A DNA stretch of 64,000 bases, taken from an uncultured Rhodohalobacter sp. GTDB taxonomy: Bacteria > Bacteroidota > Rhodothermia > Balneolales > Balneolaceae. The notes under the pieces were generated by a model. The model was not told the DNA's origin. It saw nothing but the letters and a program-made list of their open reading frames with translations, and did no database searches. The translations under genes and the position numbers were made by a program. The stretch is taken from contig CAZJBI010000001.1 of the NCBI GenBank assembly GCA_964544445.1, forward strand, positions 429,526-493,525, in the 5' to 3' direction. This document shows, piece after piece, positions 29,767 through 39,060 of this stretch. Numbering within the stretch: the first letter of the stretch is position 1; every line of letters begins with the position of its first letter.

Positions 29767-31020
29767 ATGCGTACACTCACTTTACTCTGCACTGTAATGA
29801 TACTGTCGGGGATTTTAAGCTGTAATGGAAATATTGTAGAACCTGACGATATCGACCCGGATCCATCTCGTGAACTAAATGAATCAGAGAAAACAATTGC
29901 CGAATCTGATGGAGCATTTAGCTATACCATTTTCAGAGAGACGGTAAAATATGATGATGGTACGGAAAATGTTTTTATCTCGCCGCTGAGTATATCTATG
30001 GCGTTAGCAATGGTTTTAAACGGAGCTGAAGGAGAAACACGAGCTCAGATGAAAGAAACATTAGGACTGTCGGGACTGGATGAAAGTGAAATTAACCAGA
30101 GCTTTCTGTCCCTTATGAATTACCTGATGACCATTGATCCCGGAGTTTCAGTGAAAATAGCCAATTCGGTTTGGTTTGATGAAAACCTGGGGGTAAAACA
30201 AGAATTCCTGGATCGGCTGCGTGAGTCGTTCGAGGCCAGAGGTGAGGCTCTCAATTTTTCTGATCCCGCATCGGTTGATGTGATCAATGCATGGGTGAAT
30301 GAAAATACTGAAGGCAGAATTGAAACCATTATCGATGAAATATCGGACGAAATGGTCATGTTTTTGATAAATGCTCTCTATTTTAAAGGCGAGTGGCAGC
30401 GCCAGTTCGATGCCAATGATACAAGGGAAGCAGATTTCTACCTGGAAAATGGGAATAAAGCCACCGTGGATATGATGTACCAAAGCGGAGATTTTGCAAC
30501 CTATTTTTCAGAAGAAGTTCAAATGATTGAACTTCCCTATGGCGACAGCCTCTACTCTATGAGCGTGCTGATGCCAACCGATTTTGATGAGCCTATAGAT
30601 GAATTTGTTGATAAATCGGTTACGAAAGAAAATCTGGATAACTGGAGATCTGGCCTAAGGAGTACCGGACGCGATGTAATGATAAGACTTCCAAAATTTG
30701 AGCTTGAATATGAGTTAAGCTATAAAGAGATCCTTCAATCAATGGGAATGAACATTCCGTTTGAAGAATCAGAAGCTGATTTTAGCGGTATTGCCGAACT
30801 TTCAGGTCAAAATCTGTTTATTAGCGAGGTGAAGCATAAAACCTTTGTCTTGGTGGATGAAGAGGGGACAGAAGCTGCTGCAGCTACCTCGGTTGGGGTG
30901 GGTGTTACATCAGCTCCGCCCGCAGTAGAAGTAAACCGGCCCTTTGTTTTCATTATCCATGAAAGAACCAGCGGGGTAAATCTTTTTATGGGGAAAGTGA
31001 AGAATCCCGCCGGAGAGTAA
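29767..31020 (+). CDS. serpin family protein, predicted lipoprotein
   Basis: NVFISPLSI, NALYFKGEW, EEGTEAAAAT hinge, NRPFVF; lipobox ILSC after ATG 29767. Confidence 0.93.
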   Translation: MRTLTLLCTVMILSGILSCNGNIVEPDDIDPDPSRELNESEKTIAESDGAFSYTIFRETVKYDDGTENVFISPLSISMALAMVLNGAEGETRAQMKETLGLSGLDESEINQSFLSLMNYLMTIDPGVSVKIANSVWFDENLGVKQEFLDRLRESFEARGEALNFSDPASVDVINAWVNENTEGRIETIIDEISDEMVMFLINALYFKGEWQRQFDANDTREADFYLENGNKATVDMMYQSGDFATYFSEEVQMIELPYGDSLYSMSVLMPTDFDEPIDEFVDKSVTKENLDNWRSGLRSTGRDVMIRLPKFELEYELSYKEILQSMGMNIPFEESEADFSGIAELSGQNLFISEVKHKTFVLVDEEGTEAAAATSVGVGVTSAPPAVEVNRPFVFIIHERTSGVNLFMGKVKNPAGE

Positions 31021-31022
31021 AA

Positions 31023-32777
31023 TTATCGGTTAGAAAGCCATTTCTTAAAATCCTCAGCGCTAAATGTATTTAAAACGCGTGCAGGTTCAAATTTGGCTTT
31101 TCGAGCAATCATAACTCCGTAGCGGATATCGTCAATCCCATCAATGGAGTGGGCGTCGGGGTTAATGGATGTCATCAATCCAACTTCTTTCGCTTTATTT
31201 CCATATCTCCAGTCCAGGTCGAGCCTCCATGGGCTTGCGTTTATTTCTATAGCTGTTTGATGTTCTGCAGCCAGCTCAATAAGGTGGTTTAGGTCTACTT
31301 TGCTTTCCTCGCGTTTTAGCAAAAGGCGTCCGGTAGGATGGCCCACAATCCGCGTGAATGGATTTTTGATAGCTGCTTCAAACCGGGCGTTCATCTTGTT
31401 GGCATCCATCTCAAGGCCATTGTGAACGCTGGCAATAACGCAATCAAAGCCCTCAAGTATGTCGTCGGGGTAGTCGAGTGAACCGTCACTGAGAATATCA
31501 GATTCAATCCCTTTAAAAATTGTGAAGTTTTTCCCATCAGACTTCAGCGACTCATTTAACTCATCAATTTCATCCCACTGCTGTTTGATTTCATCAACAG
31601 TTAACCCACCTGCGTAAGCGGCAGTTTTCGAATGATCGGTGATAAGCAGGTATTCGTACCCGCGCTCGATAGCGGCATCGGCCATTTGTTTGATGCTGTA
31701 CTTGCCATCGCTCCAGGTACTGTGCGCGTGAACAACACCTTTAATATCTGCTTCCTGAACCAAGTCCATCGACTCGTGTTCTGAATAGTATTCAAATTCG
31801 CCCCGGTCCTCGCGATGTTCTGGTGGCACAAAATGAAGATCAAGTTTCCTGTAAATGTCAGACTCCGATTCTGTTTGTACAGGCTGATCAAAGTCTGTCT
31901 CTTTATCACTATTCAGTTTGAAAAGGCCATATTCATTGAGTGACATTCCACGATCCCTGGCTCTTTGCCGCATTACGATATTATGCTCTTTACTCCCGGT
32001 GAAGTACATCAGGGCGGCGGGGTATTCTTGAGGTGATACAATTCGAAGGTCAACCTGTCGACCATTTTCAGTTCGGACGGAGCTTTTGGTGTCTCCCCGT
32101 CCAAGCAGTTCTACAACAAGCTCATGATTCACAAACGAATCAAAAATAGACTCAGAATCATCTTTATTAGCTGCTACAAGTATGTCAACATCGCCGATAG
32201 TTTCGCGCGATCGCCGCAGTGAACCTGCAATATCGCACTGTTGTACGCCATCGAGCTCTTTCACAAAATGAAATATTGGCCCAGCGATATCCAGAGCCTG
32301 ATCTAGCCTGGCACGCTCCCCAAATTTTTCGAGATATTCGATGGATTTTATAATTTTTTCGGCCGATTTCTTTCCAAGTCCAGGTAGTTCGGCCACGGCA
32401 CCACTTTGGCAGGCTTCTTTAAGTTCTGATATTTCAGAAATTCCGAGCTCTTTATGAATTTTGGCGATGTTTTTAGGGCCCAATCCTGAGATATTTAACC
32501 ACTCTACCAAACCTTTTGGCACCTTCTCTTTCAAAGCATCAAGTACAGGCATGGTTCCGGTCTCAGCGAAGGAGGTAATGTCTTCGGCTATTGATTTTCC
32601 AATTCCTTTAATTTCGGTAAGCGAGCCCTCTTCAAGGTGCGTATTTATATCGGTTTTGAGGCCTTCAATAGTTTGGGCAGCTCTGTCAAAAGCAATAGCT
32701 CGAAACCGGTTTTCACCGGCAAGCTGCATCATATTGTAAACTTCGCGGAGTTTTTCAGCAACGTCCTGGTTTGTCAT
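31023..32777 (-). CDS. polX: DNA polymerase X / PHP 3'-5' exonuclease
   Basis: HhH motifs, GSLRR, GDVDIL, QVDLR, YFTGSKEHN; PHP motifs HAHSTWSDG, TDHS, DAH. Confidence 0.95.
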   Translation of the reverse strand: MTNQDVAEKLREVYNMMQLAGENRFRAIAFDRAAQTIEGLKTDINTHLEEGSLTEIKGIGKSIAEDITSFAETGTMPVLDALKEKVPKGLVEWLNISGLGPKNIAKIHKELGISEISELKEACQSGAVAELPGLGKKSAEKIIKSIEYLEKFGERARLDQALDIAGPIFHFVKELDGVQQCDIAGSLRRSRETIGDVDILVAANKDDSESIFDSFVNHELVVELLGRGDTKSSVRTENGRQVDLRIVSPQEYPAALMYFTGSKEHNIVMRQRARDRGMSLNEYGLFKLNSDKETDFDQPVQTESESDIYRKLDLHFVPPEHREDRGEFEYYSEHESMDLVQEADIKGVVHAHSTWSDGKYSIKQMADAAIERGYEYLLITDHSKTAAYAGGLTVDEIKQQWDEIDELNESLKSDGKNFTIFKGIESDILSDGSLDYPDDILEGFDCVIASVHNGLEMDANKMNARFEAAIKNPFTRIVGHPTGRLLLKREESKVDLNHLIELAAEHQTAIEINASPWRLDLDWRYGNKAKEVGLMTSINPDAHSIDGIDDIRYGVMIARKAKFEPARVLNTFSAEDFKKWLSNR

Positions 32778-32953
32778 GAAATTTGATGATCTTAAGATTC
32801 GATTTTGATTAATGTTTTTAACAAAATGAATGAACGGTCAATTCACGAAGCTATTAAAATAGCAAAGGGAAGCAAGAAAAAATTAAAAATCCTGGAAACC
32901 CGACTTTCTATTTACGCAAAAAAACCGCTATCTTTGTGATCTGTTAAAAATCT

Positions 32954-33037
32954 GCCCTGGTGGCGGAATTGGTAGACGCGCACGCTTGAGGGGCGTGTGG
33001 CCTAACGGCCGTGATGGTTCGACTCCATTCCAGGGCA
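32954..33037 (+). tRNA. tRNA-Leu (anticodon GAG), long variable arm, CCA not encoded
   Basis: GCCCTGG/CCAGGGC acceptor stem, GGAATTGGTAGAC D-loop, CACGC-TTGAGGG-GCGTG anticodon arm, GGTTCGACTCC T-arm. Confidence 0.97.
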
Positions 33038-33042
33038 CCCTG

Positions 33043-33077
33043 ACCCTTGTAAGTAATTGGCTTGCAAGGGTTTTTTT
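33043..33077 (+). terminator. intrinsic terminator after tRNA-Leu
   Basis: ACCCTTGTAAG...CTTGCAAGGGT followed by a T tract. Confidence 0.85.
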
Positions 33078-33260
33078 ATATCCATAAAGTCTAGTATCCG
33101 TTGGGTTTTTTAAATTACAGTCCTTCCCAAAAACCCAGGTCCAAATACTCTGCTTTGATATTGCTTGAAAAAAGAGTCACTTTAGCTGTCACAAAAGTGA
33201 CTGTGAAACATCTTTATGATACCTTCGTGTTGGTAGGAGAACTAAACCAATCAGCCTGTC

Positions 33261-34103
33261 ATGAAATTTTACGCATTTGTTGTATTCGCTACCCTGATGT
33301 TCGTAAATATCGGCTTTTCGCAAGGTGTTACCGAAGGCCGTATCGTTGATTCACAGTCAAATAAGCCCATTCCCTATGTAAATATTGGAATTCCCACTGG
33401 TAATATTGGAACGGTGAGCGACTCAAATGGCAACTTTAAGCTACAATATCGATCAGATAACGACATGGTGATGATTTCTGCAATCGGCTACCGTGGCCGG
33501 CAAGTCAGCGTTCCCGACTTACTTCAAGCACCGGTTGTTTTCCTTGAGCCAATCACATATACGATGGACGAAATTGTAGTGGAAGAGCAGGCCCTGGGTG
33601 AACTGAAGGAGCTTGGGTACCATCTAAAAAAGCGACGGCAAAGTATTGGATTTGGCAGCACACTTTTGGGAACAGAAATAGGCGCGCTCATCAGAGTTGA
33701 CAGGGAAACGGTTGTTGAGGAAGCATTTTTTACTTTTAACAGAGCTCGTGGTGAGCAGCTGTTGTTTCGGGTAAATCTTTATAGATTTGAGAATGGAAGC
33801 GCTGGCGAAAATCTCATTCCGGAAAATGTGCTTGTTCAGTCACCCGAATCAGCCACTACCGTATCTGTTGATTTATCATCCTATAACATTACGGTTCAGG
33901 ACGACATACTTTTATCACTTGAATGGGTGGATGCTGTGACACTTGAAGAAAATGAGCTTCAGGGTATTGCTTTTCGAGCGGATAAAAGCAGAAGAGGCTC
34001 GAATACTTATCTAAAGACGACCAGTTTCGCTCCTTTTATCAGTACCGATCCATTTGTTAAGTACAGGCTGGGTTTTTACATCACCGCCAGGCAGGTAAGG
34101 TGA
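33261..34103 (+). CDS. carboxypeptidase-like regulatory domain-containing secreted protein
   Basis: Signal peptide; GRIVD...PIPYVNIGI...GTVSDSNGNF...ISAIGY. Confidence 0.8.
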   Translation: MKFYAFVVFATLMFVNIGFSQGVTEGRIVDSQSNKPIPYVNIGIPTGNIGTVSDSNGNFKLQYRSDNDMVMISAIGYRGRQVSVPDLLQAPVVFLEPITYTMDEIVVEEQALGELKELGYHLKKRRQSIGFGSTLLGTEIGALIRVDRETVVEEAFFTFNRARGEQLLFRVNLYRFENGSAGENLIPENVLVQSPESATTVSVDLSSYNITVQDDILLSLEWVDAVTLEENELQGIAFRADKSRRGSNTYLKTTSFAPFISTDPFVKYRLGFYITARQVR

Positions 34104-34318
34104 CAGATCTCTGTTTAAGCTGGAAAAATCATTATTCAGTAAATCTCAGAGTTCATTTGAGCAAAAAACCCCGGCTGCATCCATATTATTGAATGCATCT
34201 ACAGCTCATTTAAGGTATCTAATACATCGCTACCCGCAATCGAGAATTCACTTCTACTATTGTCACCATTCATGTACTTTCTGCCGGTAATAGGGGGTTG
34301 ATTCAGCCTGCTGTCGGA

Positions 34319-34798
34319 TTAAAAAATCAAACCAAATGAGACGGAAATATTGTCGAGTCCGTGATTTTGTCTGCCACGGGCGCCATTGCTGATGTGGGAG
34401 TATTTTAGGCCAATTTCTGTTGAACCTATCTGAAATGATTTCCCGGCCTCAACCAGGAAGTTGAAATAAGTTCCGTTTTCATTTGCAAATCGTTTAAAAA
34501 AGTATCCACCACCTGCTGATAGAAACCATCCGGAACGACTGAACTTCGGGGCAAGAAAAATGGCAATATTTGTCTGCTTCACGGGATCGTCAAATTCATC
34601 CTGGCGAGTGTCACCAACATTTATAAACGAGTATTGAATGAACCGATACCTGAAATCTATTTTTTGTGTGCCAGTGGTTCCACCCCAAAATTGAAAGCTG
34701 GTAGGTGAGTACGAAACGGATACTTCCTGTGCCGAAAGTGGTACAGAGATGATCCATAAAAGAAACAACAAACTTACAACGCGTTTCAAACTCAACAA
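34319..34798 (-). CDS. lipid A 3-O-deacylase (PagL)-like small beta-barrel
   Basis: YSHISNG...NHGLD catalytic-type motif; C-terminal Phe; signal peptide; TTG start uncertain. Confidence 0.75.
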   Translation of the reverse strand: MLSLKRVVSLLFLLWIISVPLSAQEVSVSYSPTSFQFWGGTTGTQKIDFRYRFIQYSFINVGDTRQDEFDDPVKQTNIAIFLAPKFSRSGWFLSAGGGYFFKRFANENGTYFNFLVEAGKSFQIGSTEIGLKYSHISNGARGRQNHGLDNISVSFGLIF

Positions 34799-34882
34799 TG
34801 ACTAAAGGGTTTGGTAGAAATCGACCACATATTTTCATGTGTGGTGTCACGTTCACGTGAATAGTCTATGATAGGCGTTAAT

Positions 34883-34914
34883 AAAAAACCCTGCAAGTTG
34901 TACCTGCAGGGTTT
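34883..34914 (-). terminator. orphan intrinsic terminator
   Basis: Minus strand AAACCCTGCAGGT-ACA-ACTTGCAGGGTTTTTT; no annotated CDS ends here. Confidence 0.75.
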
Positions 34915-35120
34915 CTGTTTTATGAATTCTGGCGGGTTAGTTGATCGGTTTTTGCCAGTCTGTATGTCAGTCGTATTTATTTGTACTGACGTATGCGCTC
35001 AAGCGAAAACTTTTTTAAAATTTACATCAACGTAAAGCACCATGTTGATGTGTGTTGATGAGGAATGGAAATTTAGAACCCATCGATATTGACTGAAACG
35101 TTCAGGATTCAGCTTCAATC
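34883..35120 (-). ncRNA. candidate structured small RNA or leader
   Basis: Five consecutive hairpins followed by the terminator, in a 530-bp ORF-free gap; strand not certain. Confidence 0.35.
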
Positions 35121-35328
35121 TGGTGTGGATTAAAAATGCAAACTGGATAATTTTGTAAGATTATATGTAAACGGAAATCATTTACGAATCAGAACTTATA
35201 TATAAAGATGCTTGAGACAAGTAAATGTTACGAAATTTTAATATTTAATCTATACTTAATAATTACATTTAGATAGATGGCAAATAATAATGCCTCAGGT
35301 AGATTATTATGATTACAATTGAAGAAGA

Positions 35329-35910
35329 ATGAGCGATAATAAAATTCGGTGTCCGTGGGTTGAGAATACGTTTGAACGATATAAGAGATATCACGATGAG
35401 GAGTGGGGTGTTCCAGTTCACGATGATCTTGTTCATTTTGAATTTCTAACGCTGGAAGGTGCGCAGGCTGGGTTAAGCTGGAGCACAATTTTAAAGCGCA
35501 GAGAGGGATATCGAGAATGCTTTGCTGGTTTTGATCCGGAGAAAGTAGCTTACTTTAGCGAAGCAAAAATAACAGAGCTTTCGCAAAACCCTGCAATTGT
35601 ACGGCATCGCAGGAAGATAGAATCTGCCGTAACCAATTCCAGGGCGTTTATTAAAATTCAGGATGAGTTTGGTTCTTTCGATCAATACATCTGGAGATAC
35701 GTAGATGGAAGCCCGCTGGTTCATCATTTCAAAACGATGGAGCAGGTGCCGGCAAAAACAGAACTGTCTGATACGATTGCCAAGGATTTGAAAACGCGGG
35801 GATTTACATTTGTAGGTTCAACCATCATTTATGCCTATATGCAGGCATGTGGACTTGTGAACGATCACATTACCACCTGTTTTCGTCATGATGAATTATT
35901 AATGGACTAA
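35329..35910 (+). CDS. tag: DNA-3-methyladenine glycosylase I
   Basis: RCPW, YHDEEWG, LEGAQAGLSW, GLVNDH...C. Confidence 0.96.
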   Translation: MSDNKIRCPWVENTFERYKRYHDEEWGVPVHDDLVHFEFLTLEGAQAGLSWSTILKRREGYRECFAGFDPEKVAYFSEAKITELSQNPAIVRHRRKIESAVTNSRAFIKIQDEFGSFDQYIWRYVDGSPLVHHFKTMEQVPAKTELSDTIAKDLKTRGFTFVGSTIIYAYMQACGLVNDHITTCFRHDELLMD

Positions 35911-35965
35911 TTTGTCTAAAAAATTTCCTCAAATGCTTTTGCTTATCCGATCAAAACTGTATCTT

Positions 35966-35986
35966 TATTTAGATTTATTACAAATA
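35966..35986 (+). promoter_or_regulatory. putative iron-repressor box upstream of the feo operon
   Basis: Imperfect AT-rich palindrome TATTTAGATTTATTACAAATA ending 16 bp before feoA. Confidence 0.45.
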
Positions 35987-36002
35987 GTATAGGTAAGATA
36001 TT

Positions 36003-36221
36003 ATGCTGCCATTAAAAGTGACGAAATCAGGTGAAAAAGTGTCCGTCTGTTGTTTTGCCTGCAATCATGGTGAAGCGTGCAGGCTAAGGGAGTTAGGCTG
36101 TGTTGAAGGTGTTTGCGGAGTGGTTATTTCGAACCAGTCGAATGTAATCTTGCAGGTAGGAGAAACGCGGCTTGCAATCAATGGCAATCTTGCGAAAAGT
36201 ATTCTTGTCAATCCTGTTTGA
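36003..36221 (+). CDS. feoA: FeoA family protein, cysteine-rich
   Basis: RLRELG, VILQVGETRLAI...AKSILV FeoA pattern; six Cys. Confidence 0.8.
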   Translation: MLPLKVTKSGEKVSVCCFACNHGEACRLRELGCVEGVCGVVISNQSNVILQVGETRLAINGNLAKSILVNPV

Positions 36222-36449
36222 GTGATGAAAAAGCTTTCTGAAATTGATCAAACGGGAAAGGTTAAGGTTCAGAATGTGAGAGGAGAGAGAGCCCTCCGTA
36301 TTCTTGAAATGGGCATTACTCCAGGGTCTGTGCTAACCATCATCAAGGCGGCACCGCTGGGATTTCCGTTAGAAGTAAAAATTCGTGGCTACTCTTTGTC
36401 GCTGCGGGAGTCGGAAGCTGAATGTATAGAAGTTGAGGCAGGGACGTAA
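36222..36449 (+). CDS. feoA: ferrous iron transport protein A
   Basis: RILEMGITPG, APLGFP, RGYSLSLRESEA. Confidence 0.93.
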   Translation: MMKKLSEIDQTGKVKVQNVRGERALRILEMGITPGSVLTIIKAAPLGFPLEVKIRGYSLSLRESEAECIEVEAGT

Positions 36450-36452
36450 ATT

Positions 36453-38603
36453 TTGCAACATCTTTCAACGATTGCATTGGTAGGAAATCCTAATACGGGA
36501 AAATCTACGGTATTTAATGCGCTTACCGGGCTCAAACAGAAAATTGCCAACTATCCTGGTGTAACGGTTGAAAAAAAAGTAGGCTTTACCAAAATCAATG
36601 GAAAGAAAGTACGCGTTGTGGATTTGCCGGGCACATACAGCCTCAATCCAAAACAGCTTGATGAAAAAATAGCATACGAAGTACTGGCGGGAAAGTATGA
36701 ACACGAGGCGGCTCCCGATCTTGCCGTTGTGGTGGTGGATGCCAGCAATCTTGATCGTAACCTGTATCTGGCAACACAGGTAATGGACCTGGGAATACCT
36801 GTGGTGATTGCTTTAAGCATGATGGATATAGCCGAAGAGAGAGGGCTCAAAATTGACAGCAAAAAAATTTCTGAGCGCCTTGGAGTACCGGTCATTCCAA
36901 TAATTGCCAAAAATACAGGGGAAGCAGGCAAAGTCATAAAATATATCGAAGAAAACGATATTCCCGTTCCCGGAGCCCTGGCATGGAATCCAAGTGATGA
37001 GCTGAACGATGCGGTTGATTTTATCATCGAAAACTGGATCAAAACAGAACTTAATATTCCTGAACGAGCCTGGAATATAGAAGCTCTGAGATATCTGGGG
37101 AATGATCACGCGATTAATGATATACCCGATTTAGAGAAGCAGCTTTCTCTTCGGAGTGTTGTTGAAGAAGCACGCAGCAGGCTCGAAAAGCATGGCAAGA
37201 ACTATTCAGCCGAGGAGGTACTGCGGAGATATGATTTTATTGAAAAATGTACGAGTAGCTCTGTTTCAACTTCCGAGGAGGTCTCGGAAAATATTTCGGA
37301 TAAAATAGATGCGTTTGTCACCCATAAATTTGCAGGGCCAATCATTTTCGCAGCTATTTTATTGCTGATGTTTCAGGCGATTTTTTCTTGGGCCGAGCCG
37401 TTTATGAACCTGATTGACCTCACCTTTATTGAAACAGGAAACTGGATAGCCGAAACATTGCCGGAAGGGACACTCAACGATCTGATAGTAGAGGGCGTAA
37501 TTGCGGGGCTGGGGGGTGTAGTCATTTTTTTGCCACAAATTGTATTTCTATTCTTTTTCATTTCCATTCTGGAGGGAACCGGGTATATGGCTCGGGCAGC
37601 TTTTGTGATGGATGGATTTATGACAAAGATTGGATTGCACGGAAGATCTGTAGTACCGTTGATGTCGGGTTTTGCCTGCGCGATTCCTGGAATTATGGCT
37701 ACCCGAACAATAGAAAACTGGCGCGATAGGCTCATAACAATTATGGTGCTGCCTTTTATGGCGTGCTCAGCCAGACTCCCGGTTTACGCATTGATGATTG
37801 CAGCGTTTATTCCGGATACAACAATACTTGGAATTATCACACTACAGGGAGTCACGTTTTTTGGTCTTTATATTTTTGGCATTCTGATGGCTATCCTGTC
37901 GGCATTGGTGATAAAGCAGTTTTTCTCTTCTAAGGAGCAGTCTCCTTTCATCATGGAATTACCCGCCTACAAAATGCCAAAGTGGTCATCTGTAGCACAC
38001 AATGTATACGACCGGGGAAAAGTGTTTGTATTGGAGGCAGGAAAAATAATACTAGCAATATCCATCGTTCTGTGGTTTTTAGCTTCATTTCCAAACGTAG
38101 AAATTCCGGCAGATCTACAAAATAGTTCGGCACAGTCTGAGTTAACCACTGAAACTGTTTCACAAGAACAGCTAGAAGCAACGTACAGACTTGAACATAG
38201 CTATGCGGGTCAATTTGGCCATTTGATTGAACCGGTTATCAAACCACTTGGATTTGACTGGAAAATCGGAATTGGATTAATAACTTCTTTTGCAGCACGA
38301 GAAGTGATGGTGGGTACTCTCAATACAATTTACAGTGTAGAAGATGAGAGTGATGAAGCCCTGTCGCTTCAGAAGAAACTGCAAAGAGATGTTAATGAAA
38401 CGACAGGAGAACCCGTTTATAACGTTTGGACAGCTTTATCGCTGATGGTCTTTTTTGCGCTGGCAATGCAGTGCATGAGCACAATAGCCATTGTTCGTCG
38501 CGAGACCAACAGTTGGAAATGGCCAACGATCATGTTTACCTACATGACGGGCCTTGCATATCTTTGCTCATTTATTGTATACCAAGTAGGAATGATGCTC
38601 TGA
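36453..38603 (+). CDS. feoB: ferrous iron transport protein B
   Basis: GNPNTGKST, NYPGVTVE, DLPG, GFACAIP, CSARLP. Confidence 0.97.
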   Translation: MQHLSTIALVGNPNTGKSTVFNALTGLKQKIANYPGVTVEKKVGFTKINGKKVRVVDLPGTYSLNPKQLDEKIAYEVLAGKYEHEAAPDLAVVVVDASNLDRNLYLATQVMDLGIPVVIALSMMDIAEERGLKIDSKKISERLGVPVIPIIAKNTGEAGKVIKYIEENDIPVPGALAWNPSDELNDAVDFIIENWIKTELNIPERAWNIEALRYLGNDHAINDIPDLEKQLSLRSVVEEARSRLEKHGKNYSAEEVLRRYDFIEKCTSSSVSTSEEVSENISDKIDAFVTHKFAGPIIFAAILLLMFQAIFSWAEPFMNLIDLTFIETGNWIAETLPEGTLNDLIVEGVIAGLGGVVIFLPQIVFLFFFISILEGTGYMARAAFVMDGFMTKIGLHGRSVVPLMSGFACAIPGIMATRTIENWRDRLITIMVLPFMACSARLPVYALMIAAFIPDTTILGIITLQGVTFFGLYIFGILMAILSALVIKQFFSSKEQSPFIMELPAYKMPKWSSVAHNVYDRGKVFVLEAGKIILAISIVLWFLASFPNVEIPADLQNSSAQSELTTETVSQEQLEATYRLEHSYAGQFGHLIEPVIKPLGFDWKIGIGLITSFAAREVMVGTLNTIYSVEDESDEALSLQKKLQRDVNETTGEPVYNVWTALSLMVFFALAMQCMSTIAIVRRETNSWKWPTIMFTYMTGLAYLCSFIVYQVGMML

Positions 38604-38621
38604 ACTCATGAAGTCTGGAGT

Positions 38622-38909
38622 TCATTTGAACTGTTTCAACGCTTTATTGTAGGTGTTTTTTAACTCTTCAGCTGCATTTTCAACACCTTTTTTGATGTCA
38701 TCCCAGGCCTCATCTCCCGAATCTTCCAGCTTCTGAAGTTTTTTTCGGGCTTTTTGTTGCTTCTTTTCAAGGTCCTTCAGAAGGTTGTCAATCTCAATAT
38801 CTGATTCTGCTTTCTTTTTCTTTGCCTTTGCTTTCCACTTTTCAGTTTCAGCTTTCCATTCATCAAGCTGAGCTTCTATTTTTCGTTTCCACGCCTCTTT
38901 CTCTTTCAT
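38622..38909 (-). CDS. small charged coiled-coil protein
   Basis: KIEAQLDEWKA...SGDEAWDDIKKGVENA pattern. Confidence 0.8.
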   Translation of the reverse strand: MKEKEAWKRKIEAQLDEWKAETEKWKAKAKKKKAESDIEIDNLLKDLEKKQQKARKKLQKLEDSGDEAWDDIKKGVENAAEELKNTYNKALKQFK

Positions 38910-39000
38910 AACTAAAGTAATTAATTATTTATTAGGATTATTTTTGTCTCTTCTGTAAAAACATGGCATGCAATAAGTTCGTTCGAAAATTATACTTAAA

Positions 39001-39039
39001 AAAGAAAAGGCACGCCAATGACTGGAATGCCTTTTTTTT
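39001..39039 (-). terminator. intrinsic terminator after the 39061-39888 gene
   Basis: AAAAGGCA...TGCCTTTT inverted repeat with A and T tracts. Confidence 0.7.
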
Positions 39040-39060
39040 AAAAATGGTAGAGGACTTTTT

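Noticed and set aside
33038..34900. Genomic island integrated at tRNA-Leu
   Set aside because: No integrase and no duplicated tRNA 3' end were found in the window.
38601..38624. TGAACTC...GAGTTCA inverted repeat joining the stops of feoB and the convergent gene
   Set aside because: A 7-bp stem partly forced by two facing TGA codons; best read as a minimal terminator-like hairpin.
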